A DNA stretch of 64,000 bases from an uncultured delta proteobacterium (GTDB lineage: Bacteria > Desulfobacterota > Binatia > DP-6), in contig CAWFFN010000007.1 in NCBI GenBank assembly GCA_963815115.1, positions 640,001 to 704,000 of the forward strand, written 5' to 3'. The translations under genes were made by a program, and so were the position numbers. The notes below the pieces were generated by a model. It searched no databases, had not been told where the DNA came from, and worked only from the letters and a program-made list of their open reading frames with translations. Below, piece after piece: positions 19,871 to 28,899 of the stretch; positions within the stretch are counted from its first letter, which is position 1; each line of letters begins with the position of its first letter.

Positions 19871-20575
19871 TCAGCGGGGACCCCGAGGGCGCGCCGATCG
19901 GCGCCGGAGCTTGATCCGGTTGGTGGTGGCGTATCCGGCGCGTTCGAACGCGCGCCACATGTACCAGCTGGCCACGGTCCGGTACGGACGCCAGCGCTCG
20001 CCGAACGCGAGCAGCTCCTTCGCCGTGGGCATGTGCTTCTTGCCGTACGCGACGGCCCAGCCTTTCCGGACGCCGAGATCGTGAACGGGAAGGACGTCGG
20101 GGCGGCCGAGCCGGAAGATCAGGAACATCTCGACCGACCAGACACCGATGCCACGGACCGAGACCAGCCGATCGACCAGCTCCTGGTCGGACATCGCCCG
20201 GGCCTGCGCGAGAGTCGGCACGACGCCCGCCAGCGTCTTGCGGGCGAGGTCCTTCATCGCGAGTACCTTCGCACCGGAGAGACCCGCCTTGCGCAGGACC
20301 GGCCTGCGCAGCCCGAGCATCTCCTCCGGCGTGGGCAGCTTGCCGTTGCGACCGAGCGCCCGGACGCGAGCGAAGATCGTGGCCGCCGCCTTTCCCGAGA
20401 TTGATTGATGGGTGATCGCCTCGACGAGCGCTTCGTAGGGAGAGTGCAGGCCGCGGAACTCGAGCTCGAACGCGCGCGTCTCGTCGATCAGGCGCTCGAG
20501 ACACTGGTCCCCCGCGGCGAGGCACTCGATCGCCGCGGCGACATCGAAGGGAAGCGTCCGGCTCCGCGCAGCCAT
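19871..20575 (-). CDS. alkA: DNA-3-methyladenine glycosylase II (AlkA/HhH-GPD family)
   Basis: LVEAITHQSIS, VRGIGVWSVEMFLIFRLGRPDVLPVHDLG, WRPYRTVASWYMW. Confidence 0.92.
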   Translation of the reverse strand: MAARSRTLPFDVAAAIECLAAGDQCLERLIDETRAFELEFRGLHSPYEALVEAITHQSISGKAAATIFARVRALGRNGKLPTPEEMLGLRRPVLRKAGLSGAKVLAMKDLARKTLAGVVPTLAQARAMSDQELVDRLVSVRGIGVWSVEMFLIFRLGRPDVLPVHDLGVRKGWAVAYGKKHMPTAKELLAFGERWRPYRTVASWYMWRAFERAGYATTNRIKLRRRSARPRGPR

Positions 20576-20790
20576 GCCCGAATCTCCCGATCGGCGACGG
20601 CACGGTCAACCGGCCTGCGTCGGCGAATCGATGTCGCAGTCCCGCCCGTTCCTCTCCCGGCGGTCGTAGGACGGCTCGCAGGATCGCGCGATCCGGCTCT
20701 GCCCGCGTGCAGTTCGGCGCCTCGACGGCGCCGAGACGCATCGTCCCAGGCATCTCGTAACAGGTTATCCGTTGACGCGAACGCGCCGGT

Positions 20791-23085
20791 ATGTACACGA
20801 CGAGCATCATGCGCTCTCGCACCGCAGCCGTCGCATCGATCCTGGCACTCGCCCTGGCCACGACGCTCGTCGCACCCATTCCCGCGCACGCCCGGAAGCT
20901 CCAGTGGTCCCGGAGCCTGCCGAAGTGCGAGCCGCCGGCCGTGTTCTACTCGTCGAAGCACCGGGCCGGCAGCCTGCCGTGCTGTCCGGCCGTCGAGGGC
21001 GTGTGCGCCGGCGGGCTGGCGTGTCCGGCGAGCGGCGTCTGTGCGGGCGACGGCAAGGCCTGCGCGGCGTCACCCATCGTCCCGCGACCGAACGTGGTCC
21101 TGTTCATCTCGGACGATCAGGGTTCCTGCGACTACGGCACCGCGGGCGAGTGTCGCAGCGTGCAGTCCGGCACGCCGATCCCGCCGCCCTCCACACCCAA
21201 TCTCGATCTCCTCGCCGGCTACGGCACGATCTTCCCGATCGCGCACAACACCGCGTCCTGGTGCTTTCCGTCCCTCGCCACGATCGTCACGGGCCGCTAC
21301 CAGAAGAGCTTCGTCCGCAAGGGCAAGGTCGGCGAGAAGTTCGTCACCATCCCGAAGGCCCTGCACACCCTCGGCGACGATCCCAGCGCGCCGATCGATC
21401 CCTTCAACAGCCGCAACCGCGTCGGCGGGTACTGCACGTTCCTGGGCGGCAAGTTCACCGCCTCGACGGGTGATGCCGGGTTCGACGCGCTCGCGCGCGG
21501 CCGCAAGCTCGGGCGCACCGACTGCGTCGCCGGGCCGCCCGGCAGCCCTCCCCGTTGCGGCTCGCAGACCACGCCGTCGTTCTACAGCCCCGCGACGATC
21601 GTCAACATGGAAGACCTCTTCACGTTCACCGAGAGCCTCTTCCTGCGCGTCCCGGGGGTCACGCCCGCCGCGTACACGATGCAGCACTTCTTCGCCTGGG
21701 TCGCGCCCCGCGTCCCGCACCAGCCCCTCACCGCGCCGGACGCCATCCAGAGCTACCTCTTCGGCGGCGTGGAGCCGCCGGCGCTGGGCGGCCTCCTCCA
21801 GCTCGGCAAGTACTGCACCGGTGGCGCCTGTCCGCCGATGGTGAACGCCTTCCGCGAATCCAACTTCGGCAACCAGTACGAGTACTACGCCAACCTCTGG
21901 TGGGTGGACGACAGCGTCCGGGAGGTCCGGGAGTATCTCGTGCGCGCGGGCGCGCCGCACTGCATCGGCACCGATGGCCAGGGCCGCTACGAGGTGTCCG
22001 ACCCGGCGAAGTGTCCGGGGACGTGGGCGTCGAGCGTGTCGCCGGATCTCAGTCGCAACACCGTCATGATCTACATGAGCGACAACGGCTGGTTCCTGCC
22101 CAACTCGAAGCACGTGTTCACCGAGAACGGCTACCGCACCCGGATGATCGTCTTCGACCCGCGCACGCTGCCCTCCGTGCCGGGGTGGGACGGCACCCAG
22201 CAGACGCCGCCGCCCGCGAACGAGACCCTCGAGCTCGCGCACTCGACGGACGTGCTTCCCACCGCGCTGGGATACGCCATCGGCTCGCCGGGCTCGCAAG
22301 CCTGCCCGCTCAGTCCCGATGGCTCTCGCTGCGACGGCAAGGACCTGCGGCCGTACGTCTTCCCGGCGAGCGCCGGGAGCGGCCCCGGCGTCCCGTTACG
22401 CCACTCCCTCTGCGGCCATCATACCCAGCGGCCGACGTCGCCGACGACGCAGCGCTATCTCCTCACGCGCCCGGGCAGCGTGGGGCGCTGCACGAATCTC
22501 GCGGCGCCGGCCTGCGCGACGGACGCCGCGTGCGGCCCCGGCGCCACCTGCCTCGGCGGTCACTGCGCGTCGGGCACCGAGGAGGTTTGTGCGGGCTCCG
22601 GACAGTGCGCCGCGGGCGCGAAGTGCCTCGGTGGCCGATGCCGTGTCGCGCCGGCGTGCGTCGACGACGCCACCTGTGCGGCGTTGTTCCCCGGCGGCCA
22701 GTTCGCCTGCGTCGAGCCGGAGACCAGATGGTGCCGCAACGCGCCCGCCGTTCGCTGCGGCAGCAACGCCGACTGCCCGGTCTGCCCGGCCGGTCCGGGC
22801 CCGACGCCGCCGCCCTGCGCGCGCCTGTGCGAAGCCCGCCAGCTGAAGCTCTACATCTCGGCGCCCGCGCTCGAGCTGACCGATCTCTTCCTCGATCCGG
22901 ACGAGCACGGCCTGCACGCCGGCATCGAGGGCGAGGGCACGATCGCCCACGACCTGTCGCAGCCGGGCGGCTACACGAGCACCATGTCGCGGCTCGAGTG
23001 CTGCGTCGACAGCTGGTGGCCAGAAGGAGCGAACGGCAGCACGTGCAGCGGCGGCTGTCCGGCGGACTTCGTCTGCAACCAGTGA
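20791..23085 (+). CDS. Secreted cysteine-rich sulfatase-fold protein with atypical active-site motif
   Basis: Signal peptide; PNVVLFISDDQG; WCFPSLATIVTGRY; PHQP; IYMSDNG; Cys-rich inserts. Confidence 0.75.
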   Translation: MYTTSIMRSRTAAVASILALALATTLVAPIPAHARKLQWSRSLPKCEPPAVFYSSKHRAGSLPCCPAVEGVCAGGLACPASGVCAGDGKACAASPIVPRPNVVLFISDDQGSCDYGTAGECRSVQSGTPIPPPSTPNLDLLAGYGTIFPIAHNTASWCFPSLATIVTGRYQKSFVRKGKVGEKFVTIPKALHTLGDDPSAPIDPFNSRNRVGGYCTFLGGKFTASTGDAGFDALARGRKLGRTDCVAGPPGSPPRCGSQTTPSFYSPATIVNMEDLFTFTESLFLRVPGVTPAAYTMQHFFAWVAPRVPHQPLTAPDAIQSYLFGGVEPPALGGLLQLGKYCTGGACPPMVNAFRESNFGNQYEYYANLWWVDDSVREVREYLVRAGAPHCIGTDGQGRYEVSDPAKCPGTWASSVSPDLSRNTVMIYMSDNGWFLPNSKHVFTENGYRTRMIVFDPRTLPSVPGWDGTQQTPPPANETLELAHSTDVLPTALGYAIGSPGSQACPLSPDGSRCDGKDLRPYVFPASAGSGPGVPLRHSLCGHHTQRPTSPTTQRYLLTRPGSVGRCTNLAAPACATDAACGPGATCLGGHCASGTEEVCAGSGQCAAGAKCLGGRCRVAPACVDDATCAALFPGGQFACVEPETRWCRNAPAVRCGSNADCPVCPAGPGPTPPPCARLCEARQLKLYISAPALELTDLFLDPDEHGLHAGIEGEGTIAHDLSQPGGYTSTMSRLECCVDSWWPEGANGSTCSGGCPADFVCNQ

Positions 23086-23245
23086 CCCCGGACGGGCGAT
23101 CTCGGCGGTGATCGAGCAACGCGGCTGACCGGAGCGACCGGGCCCGCTCGCCCGCCCTTGTGGCGAGGCGCCAGCGAGAGCAGGGATTGTCGGATGATGA
23201 AGGCGATCCTGCGTGCCAGTCGTCATGTCGTCGTCGCGGCCAAGG

Positions 23246-23329
23246 GAGTTCCCGACCCGCCAGCGCCCGGGCAGCTTCACCATCGACGAGGCGCTCGAGG
23301 CGCCGAGCAAGGCCTCCGAGCAGCACTGA
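23246..23329 (+). pseudogene. Remnant 3' end of an arylsulfatase gene
   Basis: Manual translation EFPTRQRPGSFTIDEALEAPSKASEQH* resembles the EFPPRQxPxSFTIDQ C-terminal tail of a common arylsulfatase subfamily. Confidence 0.6.
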
Positions 23330-23349
23330 TCGATGGAAGGAGACGGGTA

Positions 23350-24834
23350 GTGACTCGTTCGAGAATCGTTGGCCTGCTCGCATGCGTCGCAGTCGGTGCG
23401 ACCGCTCTGTCCGTACAGGCCGCATCCACTCTGCCCAACATCGTCGTCATCCTCGCCGATGACCTCGGTAATGCCGACCTCGGCTATCGCGGCGGTGAGA
23501 TCCATACGCCCAACATCGACGCACTGGCGAACGGCGGAGTGCGGCTGGAGTCGTTCTACGGCCAGCCCGTCTGCACGCCGGCACGCGCTGCGCTGATGAC
23601 CGGGCGGTATCCGATGCGCTATGGCCTGCAGACCCTGGTGATCTTTCCCAGCCACACCTACGGCCTGCCGACCGACGAGCGCACCCTGCCACAGGCTCTC
23701 AAGGAGGTCGGCTACCAGACGGCGATGGTCGGCAAATGGCACCTCGGTCATGCCGACAGGAAGTACTGGCCGCAGAACCGCGGCTTCGACTATTTCTACG
23801 GCAACGTCGTCGGCGAGGTCGACTACTTCACCCGGGAACGTGGCGGAGTGGTCGACTGGCAACGCAACGGGAAGTTCCTGAAGGAGCCCGGATATTACAC
23901 GGAGCTCATCGGGAACGATGCCGTGCGCATCATCGAGACCCACGATACCTCGAAGCCGCTGTTCCTCTACGTCGCTTCGCTGGCGCCGCACGCTCCGTAC
24001 CAGGCGCCCCAGAAGTACGTCGATGCGTACAAGGACGCGATCAAGGATCCGATGCGGCGGACCTATGCCGGCATGATCACCGCGCTCGACGACCAGGTCG
24101 GGCGGATCGTTGCGGCGCTCAAACAAAAGAAGATGCTCGACAACACGATCATCGTGTTCTCCGCCGACAACGGAGGTGCGACCAGCGCGCTGTTCGCCAC
24201 CGGCGCCAGATCCCCGGAGGAGCGCGAGGAGAGCGGCGGCGTGGAGCTCGGCGCCAAGCCGCCGGCTTCGAACGGCAACCTCCGCGGCGGGAAGGGGAGC
24301 CTGCACGAGGGCGGCGTGCGCGTGCCGACCATCGTCTACTGGCCGGCGAAGCTCAAGCCTGCCGTCGTCAACGAGGCGCTGCACATGGTGGACGTGATGC
24401 CCACCCTGCTGGCGCTGGCCGGCGCCCAGGGCAGCCCCGATCATCCCTTCGACGGCAAGGACATGTGGCCGACGCTGGCCGAGGGGAAGCCGTCGCCGAA
24501 CGAGGACATCCTGATCAACGTCGAGCCGTTCCGCGGCGCCATCCGCAAGGGCAACTGGAAGCTCGTCCAGATCGCCCTGCTGCCAGGCAAGGTGGAGCTG
24601 TTCGACCTGGCGCAGGACCCCGGCGAGAAGAACAACGTCGCCGATGCCAATCCCGAAGTCGTCAAGGACCTGCAGGCGCGCCTGCTGCGCTACGCGCAGG
24701 AGCAGGCGCCGGACCAATGGATCAAGGCGCAGCCAGCGTTCCTGGGAGCGCAAGGCAAGACCGTGCTCGATCCCGACTTCGACATCGACGACGGTGGTCT
24801 GCCGCATGAGAAGCCGGTCCTTCCCGCAAACTGA
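23350..24834 (+). CDS. Arylsulfatase (ARSB-like)
   Basis: [40 protein letters not shown]; signal peptide. Confidence 0.95.
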   Translation: MTRSRIVGLLACVAVGATALSVQAASTLPNIVVILADDLGNADLGYRGGEIHTPNIDALANGGVRLESFYGQPVCTPARAALMTGRYPMRYGLQTLVIFPSHTYGLPTDERTLPQALKEVGYQTAMVGKWHLGHADRKYWPQNRGFDYFYGNVVGEVDYFTRERGGVVDWQRNGKFLKEPGYYTELIGNDAVRIIETHDTSKPLFLYVASLAPHAPYQAPQKYVDAYKDAIKDPMRRTYAGMITALDDQVGRIVAALKQKKMLDNTIIVFSADNGGATSALFATGARSPEEREESGGVELGAKPPASNGNLRGGKGSLHEGGVRVPTIVYWPAKLKPAVVNEALHMVDVMPTLLALAGAQGSPDHPFDGKDMWPTLAEGKPSPNEDILINVEPFRGAIRKGNWKLVQIALLPGKVELFDLAQDPGEKNNVADANPEVVKDLQARLLRYAQEQAPDQWIKAQPAFLGAQGKTVLDPDFDIDDGGLPHEKPVLPAN

Positions 24835-24853
24835 AGCCACGCAAGGAGGAAAC

Positions 24854-25102
24854 ATGACGCCAAAACTGGCGGCCGAGTTTCTGGGCACGTTCTGGCTGGT
24901 TCTTGGAGGATGCGGCAGTGCCGTACTGGCGGCGACCTTCCCCGGCGTCGGGATCGGTCTGCTCGGCGTCTCGCTCGCGTTCGGGCTCACCGTGCTGACG
25001 GGGGCGTACGCCTTTGGCCCGATCTCGGGCGGCCATTTCAATCCTGCCGTCTCGGTCGGGTTGTGGGCCGGCGGCCGCTTCCCGGGTGCGCAGCTGATCC
25101 CC
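24854..25102 (+). pseudogene. aqpZ: Aquaporin Z, N-terminal fragment
   Basis: [18 protein letters not shown]...[11 protein letters not shown] (first NPA); similarity stops after ~83 aa; second NPA absent. Confidence 0.88.
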
Positions 25103-25123
25103 TCCAATCGAAGGAGCACGAAC

Positions 25124-25363
25124 ATGCGTACGATCTGGACATCGATGGTAGCACTGGCCGCAACGCTGACGCTGGCGGGCGTCGCTCATGCCGGGGTGGT
25201 CGACCCGCATTGCACGGTCGGCAAGGCCGCGAAGGGTGCGGCGGAGAGGTCCACTGTTGGCGTCGGGAACCGCTGCAAACCGGCGAAGACTGCAAAGGAT
25301 GCCGTGGGCATCGACAACAAGAAGAAGCCTGGCAAGAGCGACGGTCCGCTCAACAATAGGTGA
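25124..25363 (+). CDS. Small secreted protein with two Cys
   Basis: Own AAGGAG RBS at 25111; signal peptide ending VAHA; in frame with the aqpZ fragment. Confidence 0.7.
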   Translation: MRTIWTSMVALAATLTLAGVAHAGVVDPHCTVGKAAKGAAERSTVGVGNRCKPAKTAKDAVGIDNKKKPGKSDGPLNNR

Positions 25364-25437
25364 GGCAACGTCGGCGAAGCCGAATCCGGCGACGACGATG
25401 TGGGCACCTTGATGCACCGCAGCGTGGAGGAACCGCT

Positions 25438-27810
25438 ATGAGGAGTCTTCGGCTCGCGGGTGTCGGGGTCCTGTATTGCCTCGGCGTCCTCGCCACCCCG
25501 CAGGCATGCGCGGCCGCCGCTCCCACGGACGGGTCCGTCCTGCCGTTCCCGCCGACCCCGTCGGCAAGCGTCGCCGCGCCGAGGCTGCAGGATTCGAAGC
25601 ACCAGCGGCGCGTGGAGACGAGCAGGCTCCCGAAGGACGCTCCCAACATCCTCATCATTCTGCTCGACGACGTCGGCTTCGGCCTGCCCGACACCTACGG
25701 CGGGCCGGTCCATACGCCCACGCTCTCGCGCATCGCGAGCCAGGGCATCAGCTACAACGCCTTCCACACCACATCGATCTGCTCGCCGACGCGGGCATCG
25801 CTGCTCACCGGGCGCAACCACCAGCGGGTCGGTTCCGGAACCATCGCCGAGCGCGCGGTGGACTGGGACGGCTATACCGGCGTGATTCCCAGGACGTCCG
25901 CGACCCTGGCGAAGGTCCTCGGATACTACGGATACAAGACCGCCGCCTTCGGCAAGTGGCACAACACGCCCGCCACCGAGACCACGGCGATGGGGCCGTT
26001 CACCCTCTGGCCGACGGGTGAGGGCATCGGCTTCGACTACTTCTACGGCTTCCTCGCCGGCGAGACCTCGCAATGGGAGCCGCGGCTGGTCGAGAACTTC
26101 AACCCGGTCGAGCCGCCGCACGACGAGAAATACCACCTGAGCGAGGACCTGGCGGACAAGGCGATCACGTGGATGCGGAAGCACCGTGCGTTCTCGCCCG
26201 ACAAGCCGTTCTTCATGTACTGGGCGCCCGGCGCCGCGCACGGGCCGCACCACGTCTTCAAGGAGTGGGCAGACAAGTACAAGGGGAAGTTCGACGACGG
26301 CTGGGATGCCCTGCGCGAGCGCACCTTCCAGCGCCAGAAGGAGCTCGGCTGGATCCCCGCGGACACCAAGCTCACGCCACGGGCCGAGACCATGGCCGCG
26401 TGGGACAGCATCCCGGAGTCGGAGCGTCCCTTCCAGCTGCGGTTGATGGAGGTGTTCGCCGGCTTCGTCGAACACGTCGATGCCCAGGTCGGAAAAGTGA
26501 TCGACGAGCTGGACCGCCTCGGCATCCGCGACAACACGATCGTGATCTACATCTTCGGCGACAACGGCTCGAGCGCCGAAGGCCAGAACGGCACCATCAG
26601 CGAGCTGCTGGCACAGAACCAGATCCCCAACACCATCGCGCAGCAGCTCGCGGCGCTGAACGCGCTCGGCGGCCTCGACGCCCTGGGCGGACCGAAGGTG
26701 GACAACATGTACCACGCCGGCTGGGCCTGGGCCGGCGACACGCCGTTGCGCTACACGAAGCTGATCGCCTCGCACTTCGGCGGCACACGGAACCCGATGG
26801 CGATCTCGTGGCCGGCGCGCGTCAAGCCGGACAAGACGCCGCGGTCGCAGTTCCACCACGTGAACGACGTCGTGCCGACGATCTATGAAATACTCGGCAT
26901 CACGCCGCCGAAGGTGGTGGATGGCTTCCCGCAGGACCCGATCGACGGCACGAGCATGGTCTACACCTTCGCCGACGCCAAGGCGCCCGGGCGTAAGGCT
27001 ACCCAGTATTTCGACAACAACGGCAGCCGCGGCATCTACCACGACGGCTGGTATGCCTGCACATTCGGTCCCCTGACGCCGTGGCTCACGGTGAGCCCGG
27101 GTCTCGCCACCTGGGACTCGAGCAAGGACGTCTGGGAGCTCTACGACCTCAGGACCGACTTCTCGCAGGCCGACGACCTGGCGGCGAAGGAGTCCAAGCG
27201 GCTCGAAGAGATGAAGGCGTTGTTCCTGAAGGAAGCGAAGGCGAACAACGTCTTCCCGATCGGCGCCGGCATCTGGCTGCGCATCCACCCGGAAGATCGC
27301 GTCAAGACGCCGTACACGAGCTGGCAGTTCGACGCGACGACGATACGCATGCCCGAGTTCACCGCGCCGGGCCTGGGCCGCGAGAGCAACCACGTGACGG
27401 TCGACGCCGACCTGGGCGAGAACGCGTCGGGTGTGCTCTATGCGCTGGGCGGCGCCTCCGGAGGCCTCACGCTGTACATGGACAAGGGCGAGCTCGTCTA
27501 CGAGTACAACATGATGATCATCGAGCGTTACACCGCCCGCACGCAGGAGAAGCTGGCGCCCGGCAAGCACACGATCGAGGTGGACACGACGATCGCGAAG
27601 CCCGGCGCGCCGGCGGAGGTGGTGCTCACGGTCGACGGCAAGGAGGTCGCCCGCACGACGGTCCAGCGCACCGTGCCTGCGGCCTTCACAGCGAGCGAAA
27701 CCTTCGACGTCGGGGTCGATCTCGGCTCGCCGGTGTCGCTCGACTATTTCGATCGGAGGCCGTTCCGGTTCGACGGGACGATCGCCGCAGTCAACGTGCA
27801 CCTGAAGTAA
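25438..27810 (+). CDS. Arylsulfatase (AtsA-like, long form)
   Basis: PNILIILLDDVG, CSPTRASLLTGRN, GKWHN, GDNG; C-terminal beta domain. Confidence 0.95.
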   Translation: MRSLRLAGVGVLYCLGVLATPQACAAAAPTDGSVLPFPPTPSASVAAPRLQDSKHQRRVETSRLPKDAPNILIILLDDVGFGLPDTYGGPVHTPTLSRIASQGISYNAFHTTSICSPTRASLLTGRNHQRVGSGTIAERAVDWDGYTGVIPRTSATLAKVLGYYGYKTAAFGKWHNTPATETTAMGPFTLWPTGEGIGFDYFYGFLAGETSQWEPRLVENFNPVEPPHDEKYHLSEDLADKAITWMRKHRAFSPDKPFFMYWAPGAAHGPHHVFKEWADKYKGKFDDGWDALRERTFQRQKELGWIPADTKLTPRAETMAAWDSIPESERPFQLRLMEVFAGFVEHVDAQVGKVIDELDRLGIRDNTIVIYIFGDNGSSAEGQNGTISELLAQNQIPNTIAQQLAALNALGGLDALGGPKVDNMYHAGWAWAGDTPLRYTKLIASHFGGTRNPMAISWPARVKPDKTPRSQFHHVNDVVPTIYEILGITPPKVVDGFPQDPIDGTSMVYTFADAKAPGRKATQYFDNNGSRGIYHDGWYACTFGPLTPWLTVSPGLATWDSSKDVWELYDLRTDFSQADDLAAKESKRLEEMKALFLKEAKANNVFPIGAGIWLRIHPEDRVKTPYTSWQFDATTIRMPEFTAPGLGRESNHVTVDADLGENASGVLYALGGASGGLTLYMDKGELVYEYNMMIIERYTARTQEKLAPGKHTIEVDTTIAKPGAPAEVVLTVDGKEVARTTVQRTVPAAFTASETFDVGVDLGSPVSLDYFDRRPFRFDGTIAAVNVHLK

Positions 27811-27849
27811 GAGAGCGGCACAGGAGACGCTACCGGAACCAGGCGCGAA

Positions 27850-27972
27850 GGTGATGCACTCCGGTGACCGGATGGGACGCCACCGGCAGATGCGCCGGCC
27901 GATCTCGATCATGAGCAGCGTGCCGGCGAAGGCGCCGCCGGCGAAAATCGAACCCGCGACCCACTGGTTCAT
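27850..27972 (-). pseudogene. Possible N-terminal fragment of a membrane protein
   Basis: MNQWVAGSIFAGGAFAGTLLMIEIGRR resembles the start of DUF4239-like proteins, then runs antisense into the sulfatase. Confidence 0.35.
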
Positions 27973-28384
27973 GGTCCGTCAGAGACGACCTCAGGACAGT
28001 GGAAAAGGCAACATGAGCAGCACGAGCAGTCGGCCGCCGACCACCCCCCCGGCGGGTCATTGCGCCCACTCCAGCCGAAACCCCCGCCGCCCGAGATCCT
28101 CCGAGTCGAGGAACAGTCACCGATTTCTGGCCAGCTCTCATGCTGGGGCCAGCCCCGCTGCCCCCGAGCCGGGCAGGCGATCACGGTCGCGATCAGCGCG
28201 GGTACGAGCGGCATCGAGAGCCGCACTGATCGCATTCTACCAAGGGACAGTATCCAGGGGTCCTGCCGAGGGCTATGCCTCGGTGCAGTAGACCGCAACG
28301 CAATCCGCCGCCCTCATCGCGCTCGAGCCCGATCCCATCCTTCCCGCCCAGCTCATTGGCCGCTGCCGCCTCGATGCCTCGGCG

Positions 28385-28711
28385 ATGCCGGAGAAGCGCC
28401 TCCTGCTCGCAGTGCTCGAGGAAGCGGTGATCACGTTCCAGCGCTACACGACGAGCACGCGGCGCCGCGGACAGCGACTCTTCCGGGAGGCCGAGGCGTG
28501 GATCGTATCGGACGACGTGTGCTGGGCGTGCAGCTTTGAGAACGTCTGCGACGTGCTCGGATTCGACAGCCAGTATCTGCGCCAGGGACTGCTGGCCTGG
28601 CGCGACCGCCAGCGACGCACAAAGACGGCACCGGCGCCGTACCGACATCCCTTCCGCCGCCTCAGCGGATCCCGCACCCGCGCCATCGGACGCCCGATCG
28701 GCATCGGATGA
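28385..28711 (+). CDS. Conserved small hypothetical protein (family I recall from Binatia-like genomes)
   Basis: PEKRLLLAVLEEAV...LFREAEAWI...SFENVCDVLG...LRQGL; upstream in-frame LEPDPILPAQ suggests a longer N-terminus. Confidence 0.75.
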   Translation: MPEKRLLLAVLEEAVITFQRYTTSTRRRGQRLFREAEAWIVSDDVCWACSFENVCDVLGFDSQYLRQGLLAWRDRQRRTKTAPAPYRHPFRRLSGSRTRAIGRPIGIG

Positions 28712-28899
28712 TCACCCGTCCTCGCGATCCGTGTCCGGTTAGAAGGGATCCTCGCTGCGAACCCTGGTGTGCATCCTGTTGATATACTATTGACTTTCGC
28801 GTTTCGCTCGGGTCGGGCTTGATGTCAGCGGGGGTACGTTACGGACGGATTTCTCAGGGGCTCGAGACGCGCCCATAGGCGCACGCCCGGATCCGAGGC

